From positions 54,145 through 118,144 of the forward strand of contig JAGWLG010000009.1 in NCBI GenBank assembly GCA_028864975.1: a DNA stretch of 64,000 nucleotides, read 5' to 3'. The notes below the pieces were generated by a model, which was given only the letters and a program-made list of their open reading frames with translations, searched no databases and was not told the origin of the DNA. This document shows, one piece after another, positions 38,937-48,660 of the stretch; the first letter of the stretch is position 1, and each line of letters opens with the position of its first letter. The stretch is from Thermoplasmata archaeon (GTDB lineage: Archaea; Thermoplasmatota; Thermoplasmata; Lutacidiplasmatales; UBA184). The position numbers and the translations under genes are program-made.

Positions 38937-39848
38937 TCAACCGATCTCGCGCTGTGCTCGCGTCCGAAGGAACTTCACGTTCTCTTCGAACTGCCCGGGC
39001 TCTTTCCACGCTCGGAACCGCGTGGGAACTCTGGGAACCCTCCGTGAAGGCAACGGTAGCGCGAGGATCGTCTCCAGGTAGTCCTGCATCGTCGTGATGC
39101 TCTCCCCCGTACCAATGGGCCCGTGACCTGGCACGACGCGTTCAGGACGAAGGTGTTCGATCTCCTTCAGGACCTTGAGCCAGTGCTCGGGGTCTCCGGA
39201 GGTGAGGTTCGGATGGGTCCCGCCGACCACCAGATCGCCCGCGCACACGACCCGGTCCTCGGGAAGGTGAAGGAGGGCGTCGCTCTCGGTGTGGCCGCTG
39301 CCAAAAGAGAGGAGTTGCGCCCTGCGCTGCCCTGGGAGCGTGAGGCGGTCGCGGAAGGTTCGGTTGGGAACGGTAAGATGGAGGTTGGGTGCGGCCCGCA
39401 GGACCCAACGGTTGAGTTCGAGAACGCCCCCGAGGTACGCCTTGGCGTCCTTCGTGGGAGCCGATCGCACCATCTCCTCGAGCCCTTGCACGTCCTTCTG
39501 AAGAGACTCGACCGAGATCTCCGAGGCGAGGGTCTCCCTTCGCTCGGTGAGGATCCGCTGTGTTCCCGTCGTGGAGTACCTGGGCAAGGATGCGAACACC
39601 TGGTTGCCGAGGAGATGGTCCAGGTGCCAGTGGCTGTTGGCCGCGAGGGTAGGATGTCTCCCGGTCGCCTCCACGGTCGCTCGGACCAGGTCCTCGGCGG
39701 CAAAGGGCGTGAGCGAGGTATCGAAGACCAGCACCTCCGATCCGAGGTCGACCAACGTCGAGTTCGAGAGGGCGCCCCCGCTGCTCCGGGCGTGGGCGAA
39801 GATCGCTCCCTCGGTCAGGGTCTCGAAGTCGTAGTGGACCGACCGCAT
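38937..39848 (-). CDS. Metallo-beta-lactamase-fold hydrolase (glyoxalase II/cyclase-like)
   Basis: SHWHLDHLLGN, GHTESD, AGDL, VPGHG. Confidence 0.9.
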   Translation of the reverse strand: MRSVHYDFETLTEGAIFAHARSSGGALSNSTLVDLGSEVLVFDTSLTPFAAEDLVRATVEATGRHPTLAANSHWHLDHLLGNQVFASLPRYSTTGTQRILTERRETLASEISVESLQKDVQGLEEMVRSAPTKDAKAYLGGVLELNRWVLRAAPNLHLTVPNRTFRDRLTLPGQRRAQLLSFGSGHTESDALLHLPEDRVVCAGDLVVGGTHPNLTSGDPEHWLKVLKEIEHLRPERVVPGHGPIGTGESITTMQDYLETILALPLPSRRVPRVPTRFRAWKEPGQFEENVKFLRTRAQREIG

Positions 39849-39948
39849 AGTGGTCTCACGGGCCGCCCTTCGGTCACCCCCCACGGGCCATGCTCCCGGC
39901 CGACTTGATGGCTGCTCAGACGCCCCGACGCAGGACCATCCTGGACCC

Positions 39949-40566
39949 TCAGCGCGGGTCGGGGGTGCGGGAGCCGGCCCGCCTCCTCCGGCGCACGTCT
40001 TCTCCCGAGGTCATCGACACCACCATCTCCCGTGGGGGAGCCATCTTGATCTCCCCCTCGGAACCGCGAGGGGCCTGCGCACCACGCGACACTGATCGCG
40101 GGGTGTCGTCGGTCTCGTCCTCGACGGGTCCGAGGTTCCGCAGCATGCTCTCGAGCCCGTTCTGCACGGTGCGTAGCTCCTCCGACGAAAGACCGGTGAG
40201 CATGGCCTGGACCCGACGTGCACGCCAGGTCTCGCTCCCGCGGGCGGCCCGTTCCCCCTGAGGGGTCAGCGTGAGGGTCACGACACGGCGGTCCTCCTCG
40301 CTGCGGAGCTTCCGGAGGAGCCCCTTGGTGGCGAGCCGGTCCGAGAGCCCGGTCACGTCCGCCGGCGTGACCCCCAACAGGGGGCAGAGGTGTCGTGGGG
40401 GGAGGGGTCCGTGCTCGAGGAGCGCCCTCAACAAAGTCCCCTGCCGGTCGGTGAGGGAGGACCCCTCTGGCCCTCCGTTCAGGTACTCCAGCGACCTCCA
40501 ATAGCAGAGCCGGAGCAGTCGTAGGAAGGTCTCGCGGTGGTCCGCCGTCGCTCCTTCGGTCGTCAT
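39949..40566 (-). CDS. MarR-family transcriptional regulator
   Basis: LTDRQGTLL, VTGLSDRLATKGLLRKLRSEEDRRVVTLTLTPQG. Confidence 0.9.
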   Translation of the reverse strand: MTTEGATADHRETFLRLLRLCYWRSLEYLNGGPEGSSLTDRQGTLLRALLEHGPLPPRHLCPLLGVTPADVTGLSDRLATKGLLRKLRSEEDRRVVTLTLTPQGERAARGSETWRARRVQAMLTGLSSEELRTVQNGLESMLRNLGPVEDETDDTPRSVSRGAQAPRGSEGEIKMAPPREMVVSMTSGEDVRRRRRAGSRTPDPR

Positions 40567-40567
40567 G

Positions 40568-41074
40568 CTATGCCCTCGCGCATGGTAGGTCCGTCAACGA
40601 AGGAGGTCGGTCCCGGACCGGGGCGGGGTCGGGACGATTTGCCAGAAGCAGCAAGGACGAACGGAGGGCTAGCGCGAAGCGAGCAGAAGCGGTCGATGCC
40701 GCAGAGCCCTTGCCGGGCGGACTATCGCCCGAAGAGGAGCCGGTCTCTCCCGAGGACCGAGCGGCCCCGCCGCTCCCTTCCACGCCTCGGGTGCAGGACG
40801 GGGAGGTCCGTCCGGTGCCGGCCGCATGGCCCTTCCGCCCACTCCCCCCCGGTCCTCCTAGGCAGCTAGGGCGCCCCCGGCCTCGCAGGTGCTGGGCGCG
40901 GAACGCCCCCAACGCGACCGGCACGGGACGAGGGCGAAGGTGAGAGCCATGCGAAGCACCCCCCGGTGCAAGAGAGGGGCTGGTCCCGGTCGAGACGACC
41001 CCGAGTCCCACGAGGAAGAGCGCGACGAGGAGGGCCGTCAACCCTCGCCAGAGCCCCCGGGACCCTCGGAACAC
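40568..41074 (-). CDS. Possible membrane/secreted low-complexity protein
   Basis: Signal-like GLWRGLTALLVALFLVGLGVV, G/S-rich middle, hydrophobic C-terminus; uncertain. Confidence 0.3.
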   Translation of the reverse strand: MFRGSRGLWRGLTALLVALFLVGLGVVSTGTSPSLAPGGASHGSHLRPRPVPVALGAFRAQHLRGRGRPSCLGGPGGSGRKGHAAGTGRTSPSCTRGVEGSGGAARSSGETGSSSGDSPPGKGSAASTASARFALALRSSLLLLANRPDPAPVRDRPPSLTDLPCARA

Positions 41075-41222
41075 GACCGAGAGAGGGAACCAGCCTATTT
41101 CTACGCCACCCGATACGCAACTGGAGCATCCCGGAGCGGCGAAAGATGGTGAGCTCGTCCCGGAGGCCGCGCTGGACCGCGATAGGGTTCGAACGAACGA
41201 GGTCCAGTGAGGGAGCCATGCC

Positions 41223-42323
41223 GTGAGCGGTGGCGAGGACCCCGCCGGCTTCGCCACCCTAAGCGACCTGGAGGCGTCGGCGAGGGCGAAGGTCATCGAC
41301 CCGGTTTGGGCCTATGTCCAGGGGGGAGCGGGAGAAGAGCGGACCCTCCGCGCGAACCGGGAGGCCTTCGAGAGGACGTGGCTGCGCCCCCGAGTGCTGG
41401 TCGACGTCTCCTCGGTCGACGCGGCGACCTCGTTCCTGGGGACGCGCAGTTCCGTTCCCTTCTTTGTCGCCCCCACGGCCTTCCAGGGACTCGTTCACCC
41501 CGACGCGGAGGCTGCGACAGCGCGCGCGGCCGCCTCCGCGGGGGTCCTCGCGGTCTTCAGCACGGTCACGACGCTCTCCATGGAGGCGATCGCTCGGGCG
41601 GCACCGGAGGGCCCGCGGTGGTTCCAGCTCTACCTTCAGAAGGACTGGTCGCTCACCGAGGATCTGCTCCACCGCGCTGAGCGGGCCGGCTACCGGGCCG
41701 TCGTCCTCACCGTCGACGCCCCCGTCCTCGGGACACGGGACCGCCAATTCCAACGGGGGTTCGCCCTGCCCTCCGACATGCCGGTGGGGAACCTCCCTCC
41801 CTTGCCGCCGGTCGAGGGAAGAAGCCTCGCCCAAGCGGTCCACGCTGCCCTGCGGACCGATAGCGGAGCGACGTGGGCGACAATGGAAAGGGTCCGGGAG
41901 TCCACGAAGCTCCCGCTGGTCGTGAAGGGCGTTCTGACCGCGGAGGACGCCGCTCGGGCCGTCGAGCTCGGGGCGAAGGGCGTGGTCGTCTCGAACCACG
42001 GTGGACGTCAGCTCGACGGGGCCCCCGCCTCGCTCCGCGCGCTCCCGGAGGTCGTCCGCGCGGTGGGGTCCAAGGCCGAAGTGTACCTGGACAGCGGGAT
42101 CCGCCGAGGCTCCGACATCCTCGCCGCCCTGGCCCTGGGGGCGAGGGGTGTGGGGATCGGTCGACCCGTGCTCTGGGCGCTCGGTTGCGGGGGAGAGGCC
42201 GGGGTCGCGAAGCTCCTCCGTCTCCTGCGTGAAGAGCTCGAGACCTCGATGCGGCTCGCCGGGCGCCGTTCCATCGGAGAGGTGGACTCCTCCCTGGTCG
42301 AGGCCGACGGTGCGCTCCCGTGA
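41223..42323 (+). CDS. FMN-dependent alpha-hydroxy acid oxidase/dehydrogenase
   Basis: YVQGGAGEE, WFQLY, LTVDAP, VVSNHGGRQLDG, DSGIRRGSD. Confidence 0.95.
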   Translation: MSGGEDPAGFATLSDLEASARAKVIDPVWAYVQGGAGEERTLRANREAFERTWLRPRVLVDVSSVDAATSFLGTRSSVPFFVAPTAFQGLVHPDAEAATARAAASAGVLAVFSTVTTLSMEAIARAAPEGPRWFQLYLQKDWSLTEDLLHRAERAGYRAVVLTVDAPVLGTRDRQFQRGFALPSDMPVGNLPPLPPVEGRSLAQAVHAALRTDSGATWATMERVRESTKLPLVVKGVLTAEDAARAVELGAKGVVVSNHGGRQLDGAPASLRALPEVVRAVGSKAEVYLDSGIRRGSDILAALALGARGVGIGRPVLWALGCGGEAGVAKLLRLLREELETSMRLAGRRSIGEVDSSLVEADGALP

Positions 42324-42355
42324 GGCGGAGACCCCGGGAGCTCGCGCTACGGTAG

Positions 42356-42471
42356 TCCCGGCTGCCTGACTCGAACAGGCGACCTGAGGATCTCTGCCTC
42401 GGGGGAACCGCCGAGCTCTCGGTCGGCGGACCGGACTACAGTCCCCCGCTCTACCACTGAGCTAAGCCGGG
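42356..42471 (-). tRNA. tRNA-Tyr(GTA) with 44-nt intron at 37/38 (42392-42435)
   Basis: CCCGGCT/AGCCGGG acceptor, GGGGA-CTGTAG-intron-A-TCCTC, GCCTG-TTCGAGT-CAGGC; BHB central helix CUGU/GCAG. Confidence 0.93.
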
Positions 42472-42531
42472 TGCTCGCGAGGACAAGGGCGAGGTAGAAA
42501 TGCCCTTCTACCGGGATGGTGAGGGGCCCTC

Positions 42532-43158
42532 TCACGGGAGCAGGGCCCGGAGGCCCGCGAGGACGTCCTCGACGCTGCCGTCCGCCCGGAGCGTCCTCAG
42601 GAGCCCGCTCTTCCGATAGTAGTCGAGCACCGGCGCGGTTTCCCGGTGATAGACCGCGAGGCGCGTGCGGACCGCTTCCTCCCGGTCGTCCGGACGTTGG
42701 ACGAGCTCGCTTCCTTCGCGGTCGCACTTTCCCGGGGCCTTCGGAGGATGGCTACGGAGGTTGTAGATGGCCCCACATGTGGGGCAGCTGCGCCGCTCGG
42801 TCAGTCGGGGGAGAAGCTCGCTCTCCGGGATCTCGAAGTAGATGACCCGCTCGAGGGGGACGAGGTCGCGCAACGACTCGGCCTGGGCGACGGTCCTGGG
42901 AAAGCCGTCCAACAGGCATCCCGGGTGGGCGTCCGGCTCTTGCAGGCGCTCCCGAAGCAGTCCCAGCACCAGCGCATCCGGGACAAGCTTGCCGGCCTTC
43001 ATCGTTCCCTCGGCTTCCAAGCCCAGGGGAGTGCGGGCCTTCACCGCGGCCCGGAGCATGTCACCAGTGGAGAGGTGAGGGATCCGGAGCTCCTTCGCGA
43101 GCAGCTTCGCCTGGGTCCCCTTGCCCGCGCCGGGGGGTCCGAGGAACGCGAGGTGCAT
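42532..43158 (-). CDS. adk: Adenylate kinase (bacterial-type, zinc-lid)
   Basis: GPPGAGKGTQ, HLSTGDMLR, LDGFPRT, CPTC...CDRE lid, QRPDD. Confidence 0.95.
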   Translation of the reverse strand: MHLAFLGPPGAGKGTQAKLLAKELRIPHLSTGDMLRAAVKARTPLGLEAEGTMKAGKLVPDALVLGLLRERLQEPDAHPGCLLDGFPRTVAQAESLRDLVPLERVIYFEIPESELLPRLTERRSCPTCGAIYNLRSHPPKAPGKCDREGSELVQRPDDREEAVRTRLAVYHRETAPVLDYYRKSGLLRTLRADGSVEDVLAGLRALLP

Positions 43159-43216
43159 GGCGCGCCTTCCGCCACTTCGAGCCCTAATTAATCTGTGGCT
43201 TCCGCTCGTGCCCACC

Positions 43217-44455
43217 GTGAGCGTCGACCGAACAGCCCCCTCGGCCGGGTGGGGCGACCTGTTGCGGCACCGTCGGTTCGTCCTCTACCTCGCGACCCTC
43301 TCCGTGGGCGACATCGGCTACTCGGTCTACGCCGTCGCGGCCCCCTGGCTCGCCTACCAGGTCACGCACAACTTCGTGGATGTGGGCGCGGTCCTGGCCG
43401 CGGAGTTCGGCCTGTACGCGTTCTCGTTCATCGCCGCTCCCTTCGTCGACCGGGCCCAAGAGAAACGCATCGTGCTGCTCTGGGGATATGCGCTCCAGGC
43501 CGTAGCCGCAAGTTCGATCGGGGTCCTGGCGATCGAGCAGAAGCTCACCTTCCTCCTGCTGCTTCCCCTGGTCTCGATGATCTCCCTGGTCTGGGATTTC
43601 ACCTGGTCGGCGAACAACACGATCCCCCCGTTGCTCTTGCCCAAGGAGGCGCTCTTCCGGGCGAGCGGGCTCTCCGGGGTCCTCTCCGGAGGGAACCAGG
43701 TCACGGGGTTCACCGTGGGAGGAGCGCTCATCCTGCTGACCGGCCCGGGAGGAGCGATGCTCCTCTACGGTGCCCTGAACGCCGCCTCGGCCGTCCTCGC
43801 ACTGGGGATCACGACCCAAGGGTCTCCCTCGGCCCAGGGTCCGGTCTGGCAGACGATGGTCGAAGGATGGCACGCGTGGTGGGGAGGGTCGAACGGCCGG
43901 CCGCTTCGGTCGTTGAGCCTGCTGGTCGCCGTGCAGGGGTTCTTCGCCCCGGGGTCCGTCCTGCTCATCACCTCGATCGCGAGCCGGGCCGCCGCCTCCC
44001 AGTTCACCTACGGGGTGCTCTTCACCGCCTTCGTGCTCGGCGGGGCGGCCATCGGTATCCTGCTCGGCCACTTCAATCCCCGACGTCATGTTGGGCTGCT
44101 CTTGCTGACGACCCCGTTGATCGCGGCGGGACTGCTTGCCTCGGCGGCGTGGGCGGAGAAGGTCCTGGCTTTGGGGGTGGTGCTCTGGTTCGCCTCCGGC
44201 ACCGCGATGCTGGGCTTCGAAGTGTGCTACCTGGTCTACCTGCAGGCCACCTCCCCCCCCTCGGAGGTCGCACGGACCACCTCCAACGTCTTCTTCTTCC
44301 GGGGGACCGCGAGGGCCACCGGTGCGATCGCGCTAGGGTTCGTCGCGACCTTCCTCCTGCCGACGACCCTCGCCCTTTGGATCGCCGGGGGCCTGGTCGT
44401 CTCCTCGGTCGTCGGGGCGGCCCTCTGGCCCTCGCTCAGGAAGGTCCAGTTCTGA
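43217..44455 (+). CDS. MFS transporter
   Basis: About 12 hydrophobic helices, PFVDR loop motif. Confidence 0.85.
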   Translation: MSVDRTAPSAGWGDLLRHRRFVLYLATLSVGDIGYSVYAVAAPWLAYQVTHNFVDVGAVLAAEFGLYAFSFIAAPFVDRAQEKRIVLLWGYALQAVAASSIGVLAIEQKLTFLLLLPLVSMISLVWDFTWSANNTIPPLLLPKEALFRASGLSGVLSGGNQVTGFTVGGALILLTGPGGAMLLYGALNAASAVLALGITTQGSPSAQGPVWQTMVEGWHAWWGGSNGRPLRSLSLLVAVQGFFAPGSVLLITSIASRAAASQFTYGVLFTAFVLGGAAIGILLGHFNPRRHVGLLLLTTPLIAAGLLASAAWAEKVLALGVVLWFASGTAMLGFEVCYLVYLQATSPPSEVARTTSNVFFFRGTARATGAIALGFVATFLLPTTLALWIAGGLVVSSVVGAALWPSLRKVQF

Positions 44456-44491
44456 CGGCACGCGGCCGCGACGTCCCCTACGAGCGGCCCG

Positions 44492-45202
44492 TCATCCCCG
44501 GGGGGCCTGGACGAGGGTCCCCTCGAACGCCTTCCCCTCCAGCGCAGCCCGGAGCTGAGGGAGGTTCCGCCCGTTCAGGATCGCCAAGGGGATTTTCGCA
44601 CGGAAGAGACGGTCGACCCCCAGCCGGTCGAACGGGAAGCTCTGACCGGCCACCCCGTCACGGGTGCCCTCGAAGACCCTCCGACGGAACTCGCCCATGT
44701 CCAGCAGGGGGATGCGCTTCGCGTCGGGGAACTTCTCCGGGTCCTTGTCGAAGAGCCCTGGGGTGCGGGTGGCGTTCACCATGCGCTCCGCACGGATCCT
44801 TTCGGCGAGCACGGCGGCGACGGCGTCGGTGGAGTGCCCGGGCTCCGTGCCTCCCATCACCACCACGGGCCATCGGCCCACCTCGTGCGCGGCCTCCGTC
44901 ACCGTGAGCAGGGGACGCGGCGGCGCGGCGGTGCCGAGGAGGAGGGCCAGCACGTGCGCGTGCAGACGCGTCACGTCGATCCCCAGCTCGTCGAGATCGC
45001 TCTCGGGCAATCCCAGCTCGCGCCCGAGCTGGATGTACTCCCGGGCCGTGCGGCCGCCTCCGACGACCACCGCGAGGGGGTGATGCTCACCCACCTCCAT
45101 GAGCGTCTTCGAAAGCTCCCGCAGGTAGCGCACGTCCTCGTCGCCCCTGAGAAGGACCGAGCCCCCGAGCGAGAGGACCACGGGGCGTCGAGCGGAGGGC
45201 AC
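44492..45202 (-). CDS. pyrH: Uridylate kinase (archaeal type)
   Basis: VLSLGGS, VVVGGGRTAREYI, GGTEPGHSTDAVAA, LFDKDPEKFPDA. Confidence 0.93.
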   Translation of the reverse strand: MPSARRPVVLSLGGSVLLRGDEDVRYLRELSKTLMEVGEHHPLAVVVGGGRTAREYIQLGRELGLPESDLDELGIDVTRLHAHVLALLLGTAAPPRPLLTVTEAAHEVGRWPVVVMGGTEPGHSTDAVAAVLAERIRAERMVNATRTPGLFDKDPEKFPDAKRIPLLDMGEFRRRVFEGTRDGVAGQSFPFDRLGVDRLFRAKIPLAILNGRNLPQLRAALEGKAFEGTLVQAPRG

Positions 45203-45336
45203 AGCTTGCGTGAAGGACCGCCACACTTGAAACGAGCGGCAGCTCGGCACGGCGAGGTTCGGCCCGGAGCTGCGAAGGACGAATCCCGACCGCCACCAGC
45301 ATTAAGGACCCCCAGGTCTCGCCGGGCCTGGCGCCG

Positions 45337-46215
45337 ATGCAGTCCGAAGGGCTGGAGAACGAGAAGATCCGCGCCGCGCGTGTCGCGACGCAGCTGGTCC
45401 CCGAGGACGCGACGGTCGCGCTGGGGAGCGGTTCCACCGCCCACCACGCGATCAAGGCGCTCGCGGCCCGGTTCCCAGGCGGGGGCGGGCTTCGGTGCGT
45501 GGCCTCTTCTCGTCGAAGCGAGGAGATCGCGAAGAGGTTCTCGCTCCAGATCGTCCCGCTGGAGGAGGTCGAGCGGTTCGACCTCATGCTGGACGGGGCC
45601 GACGAGGTGGCGCCGAATCTCACGCTCATCAAGGGGGGCGGGGGAGCGCACTTCCGCGAGAAGCTGCTGGCCCGGATGTCGGACAAGCTCATCGTCATGG
45701 TCGACCACACGAAGCTCGTGCGCAAGCTGGGCATGCGCTCCCCCCTTCCGGTCGAGGTGGTGCCGTTCTCCGTGCCTTACGTGGCCCGTGAGCTCTCGCG
45801 ACGGGCGCTCATGCCGACCTTGCGCATGTCCGCCTCGACCTCGTTGGAGGGCGAGCCGCTCCCCTTCGTCACGGACAACGGCAACCACGTGCTCGACTGC
45901 CGGGTCCCGTCCGAGATCCTGGACGAGAAGAGCTGGGACCTGCAGCTCCGGGCGACCCCGGGCGTTGTCGAGACCGGACTGTTCGTGAACATGGCCCACC
46001 TGGTCCTGGTAGGGATGCCCGATGGCCGGGTCGAGGAGCTCCGTCCGAAGGACGCCGCCCATCGGCCCTCGTCGGTCTCCTTCCTCGAGGAAGCCTTGAC
46101 CGAGCGCGCGAAGGCCCCGGCAGCCCCGTCCCCTCCGAAGCGAAAGGAGAAGGGGCCCCGCCTCCCCCGTCTCGGACGGCGCAAGCGAGCGGCAGCTGCC
46201 GTCCCCGCCCAGTAA
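45337..46215 (+). CDS. rpiA: Ribose-5-phosphate isomerase A
   Basis: LGSGST, DGADEV, IKGGGGA..REK, VTDNGN, GVVETGLF. Confidence 0.95.
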   Translation: MQSEGLENEKIRAARVATQLVPEDATVALGSGSTAHHAIKALAARFPGGGGLRCVASSRRSEEIAKRFSLQIVPLEEVERFDLMLDGADEVAPNLTLIKGGGGAHFREKLLARMSDKLIVMVDHTKLVRKLGMRSPLPVEVVPFSVPYVARELSRRALMPTLRMSASTSLEGEPLPFVTDNGNHVLDCRVPSEILDEKSWDLQLRATPGVVETGLFVNMAHLVLVGMPDGRVEELRPKDAAHRPSSVSFLEEALTERAKAPAAPSPPKRKEKGPRLPRLGRRKRAAAAVPAQ

Positions 46216-46365
46216 GGGGCGGTGGCGCAGATTACGTCATTCAACGAATCCGGGCGAGGGGTCCCCCGGGAACCGCACGACACTTGCCGAATTTCCTATC
46301 GGAAAAATGTCTCCGCACCATCTTTATCCCAGGCCAGGCCCTCGGGAGCCGTACGGGTTAGGTCC

Positions 46366-47151
46366 ATGCAAGGACACTACATCTCCCTCCGAAAGGAAGG
46401 GAAGGTCGGCGTCATCGAGATCAACAAGCCGAAGGCCAACACCTACGACCACGAGATGGTGCTGGAGTTCGGTCGTGCCATCGACGAAGTGCGGTTCGAT
46501 GACTCGATCAAGGTCGCGGTGACCACCTCGAAGGTCCCGAAGTTCTTCAGCGCGGGGGCCGACATCGAGATGCTCAAGGGCTCGGAGCCGGACTTCAAGG
46601 CGATGTTCTGCCTCAACTGCCAGGAGACGCTCACCAAGCTCGAGTCCACCCCGAAGGTGTTCATCGCCGCGTTGAACGGCCATACGGTCGGAGGGGGTCT
46701 CGAGATCGCGCTCGCCCATGACCTTCGCTTCATGATCGATGACCCCAAGCTCCAGATCGGTCTCCCGGAAGTGAACCTGGGGGTCCTCCCCGGCACGGGA
46801 GGGACGCAGCGGCTCCCGCGCCTCATCAACAAGTCGATCGCCCTCGACATGATGATCACCGGGCGCACGCTCAATCCCCAGGAGGCGCTCCACGTCGGCC
46901 TGGTGAACTACATCTACCCGGCGGACAGGTTCGAGCCCGAGTGGATGGCCTACGCCAAGCGCCTCGCCGAAGGGCCCGCGCGCGCCGTGAACCTGATCAA
47001 GCGCTCGGTCCAGGAAGGGGTCGAGATGACGCTCACCCAGGGGCTGGCCCTGGAGCGGGAGCTCCAGAACCGGCTCTTCGTCACCAAGGACGCGAAGGAA
47101 GGTCTCGCCGCTTTCATCGAGAAGCGTAAGGCCGTCTTCGCGGGGGCCTGA
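46366..47151 (+). CDS. Enoyl-CoA hydratase/isomerase (crotonase) family protein
   Basis: FFSAGADI, GGGLEIALAHD, LPEVNLGVLPGTGGTQRL. Confidence 0.92.
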   Translation: MQGHYISLRKEGKVGVIEINKPKANTYDHEMVLEFGRAIDEVRFDDSIKVAVTTSKVPKFFSAGADIEMLKGSEPDFKAMFCLNCQETLTKLESTPKVFIAALNGHTVGGGLEIALAHDLRFMIDDPKLQIGLPEVNLGVLPGTGGTQRLPRLINKSIALDMMITGRTLNPQEALHVGLVNYIYPADRFEPEWMAYAKRLAEGPARAVNLIKRSVQEGVEMTLTQGLALERELQNRLFVTKDAKEGLAAFIEKRKAVFAGA

Positions 47152-47177
47152 GCGATCGAACCCCAGAACCCCGAACC

Positions 47178-48026
47178 ATGACCGACCCCGCTTCTCCCGG
47201 TCCGTCCCCTCCTCCCGCTCCGAAGAGCCCGATGGAGCGGAGCCTGAAGGACGGTGGAACGGTCGTTCCGGTGCGGGAGGTGCTCTGGGGCGACAGCACC
47301 GGAGTCCGGAAGTACGAGACCTCGGACGAGCTCCCCCCCGAGATGGCCGACCTGATCATGCGTCTCATGGTCGTGCAGGCCGACACCGAGTATGGCTCGA
47401 TCCAACAGCACCGCCCTTGGCTGGACCACGCCCCGACCCTCGAGGACCGTTGGGTGCAGGCCCGGATCGTCGCCGACGAGGCGAGGCACGGGCTGCAGGC
47501 CTGCCGCATCCTCCGCGACTTCGGGGAGGAGGGAGAGCAGCGTATCACCGGCCTTCTTCGGACGAAGGAAGGGGAGCACAAGCTCGACGCTTTCAACATC
47601 CCGTTCGATTCATGGGCGGATGTCGGGGCCTTTACCTGCCTCGTCGACCGCGTGGGGGTCTATCAGCTCCGAGCGTTCCAGGAATGCTCCTACGGTCCTC
47701 TCGCACGTGCCATGCCCCTCATGCTGAGCGAGGAGCAGCTCCACCTCAATTTCGGGTTCAACGTCCTGCGCCGGATGTCCCGAGAGGGCGCCAAGTACTA
47801 CGGGACGAAGGAGGAAGCGCAGGAGGCCGTCGAAAAGTGGTTCCCTCGCGCCCTGGACATGTTCGGCCACTCCCGGTCCACCACGAGCGAGAACGCGATC
47901 CGCTGGGGGATCAAGCGGTGGACGAACGACGAGGCCCGTTCGCGCTACCTCAAGGAGGTCGCCCCGCTCCTCGAGGGGATCGGCCTCAAGATGCCGGACC
48001 CCGAGTGGAACCGTCGCATCCACTGA
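47178..48026 (+). CDS. Ferritin-like di-iron aryl-CoA epoxidase catalytic subunit (PaaA/BoxB-like)
   Basis: QADTE, DEARH, VDR, EEQLH di-iron ligand pattern; WFPRALDMFG. Confidence 0.85.
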   Translation: MTDPASPGPSPPPAPKSPMERSLKDGGTVVPVREVLWGDSTGVRKYETSDELPPEMADLIMRLMVVQADTEYGSIQQHRPWLDHAPTLEDRWVQARIVADEARHGLQACRILRDFGEEGEQRITGLLRTKEGEHKLDAFNIPFDSWADVGAFTCLVDRVGVYQLRAFQECSYGPLARAMPLMLSEEQLHLNFGFNVLRRMSREGAKYYGTKEEAQEAVEKWFPRALDMFGHSRSTTSENAIRWGIKRWTNDEARSRYLKEVAPLLEGIGLKMPDPEWNRRIH

Positions 48027-48089
48027 GCCTGGTGCGGTTTTCTCCCACCGCTCATTAACGCTTAAGGGGGACTACGTTCCCCCGGGGTC

Positions 48090-48626
48090 ATGGCGAAGCC
48101 TCCGGCGAAGATCGAGCCCCGACCCATCCGCCCCCCCGAGGACTGGCGCAAGACCGCAGTCATGCCCGGGTTCCACCGGTCGGTGGGGTTCGAGATCGAC
48201 CCGGCCGAGGCCCGCCCGGGAAGATGCATCGTACGCGGTCGGATCGAGGCCATGCACCTCAACATCAACCAGGTCGTGCACGGGGGCGTCTACTGTACCC
48301 TGCTCGACACGGCGATGGGCGCGGCCGTGGTCACGACGTTGGGGCCGCAGGAGGTGACCGCCACGACGAGCATCTACGTCGACTTCATCCGGCCGGCCCG
48401 GCTGGGCCAGGTCCTCAGCGCCGAGGGTGTGGTGACCCGGAGAGGGCGGAACATCGCCTTCGCGGACGGCAAGATCCAGGACGAGGAGGGGAAGCTCATG
48501 GGAACGGGGCGCGGCACGTGGTACATCTGGTCCCTCTCTCCGGAGAAAGGTCCTGCGCCCCGAGGGACGGTCCAAGGGGCCGCATCCCCCGCAGGTCCCT
48601 CCAAGGAGACCCCGCCCCGTCCGTGA
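48090..48626 (+). CDS. PaaI-family hotdog thioesterase
   Basis: NINQVVHGGVYCTLLDTAMG, VTRRGRNIAF. Confidence 0.92.
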   Translation: MAKPPAKIEPRPIRPPEDWRKTAVMPGFHRSVGFEIDPAEARPGRCIVRGRIEAMHLNINQVVHGGVYCTLLDTAMGAAVVTTLGPQEVTATTSIYVDFIRPARLGQVLSAEGVVTRRGRNIAFADGKIQDEEGKLMGTGRGTWYIWSLSPEKGPAPRGTVQGAASPAGPSKETPPRP

Positions 48627-48660
48627 CCCCTGCGAGGGGGGACCCCGGGCGCCCCTCTCC

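Noticed and set aside
40768-40790. SRP RNA helix-8-like string (AGGCGTGGAAGGGAGC on the minus strand)
   Set aside because: The stem under the GGAA loop does not pair, and no other SRP helices are evident.
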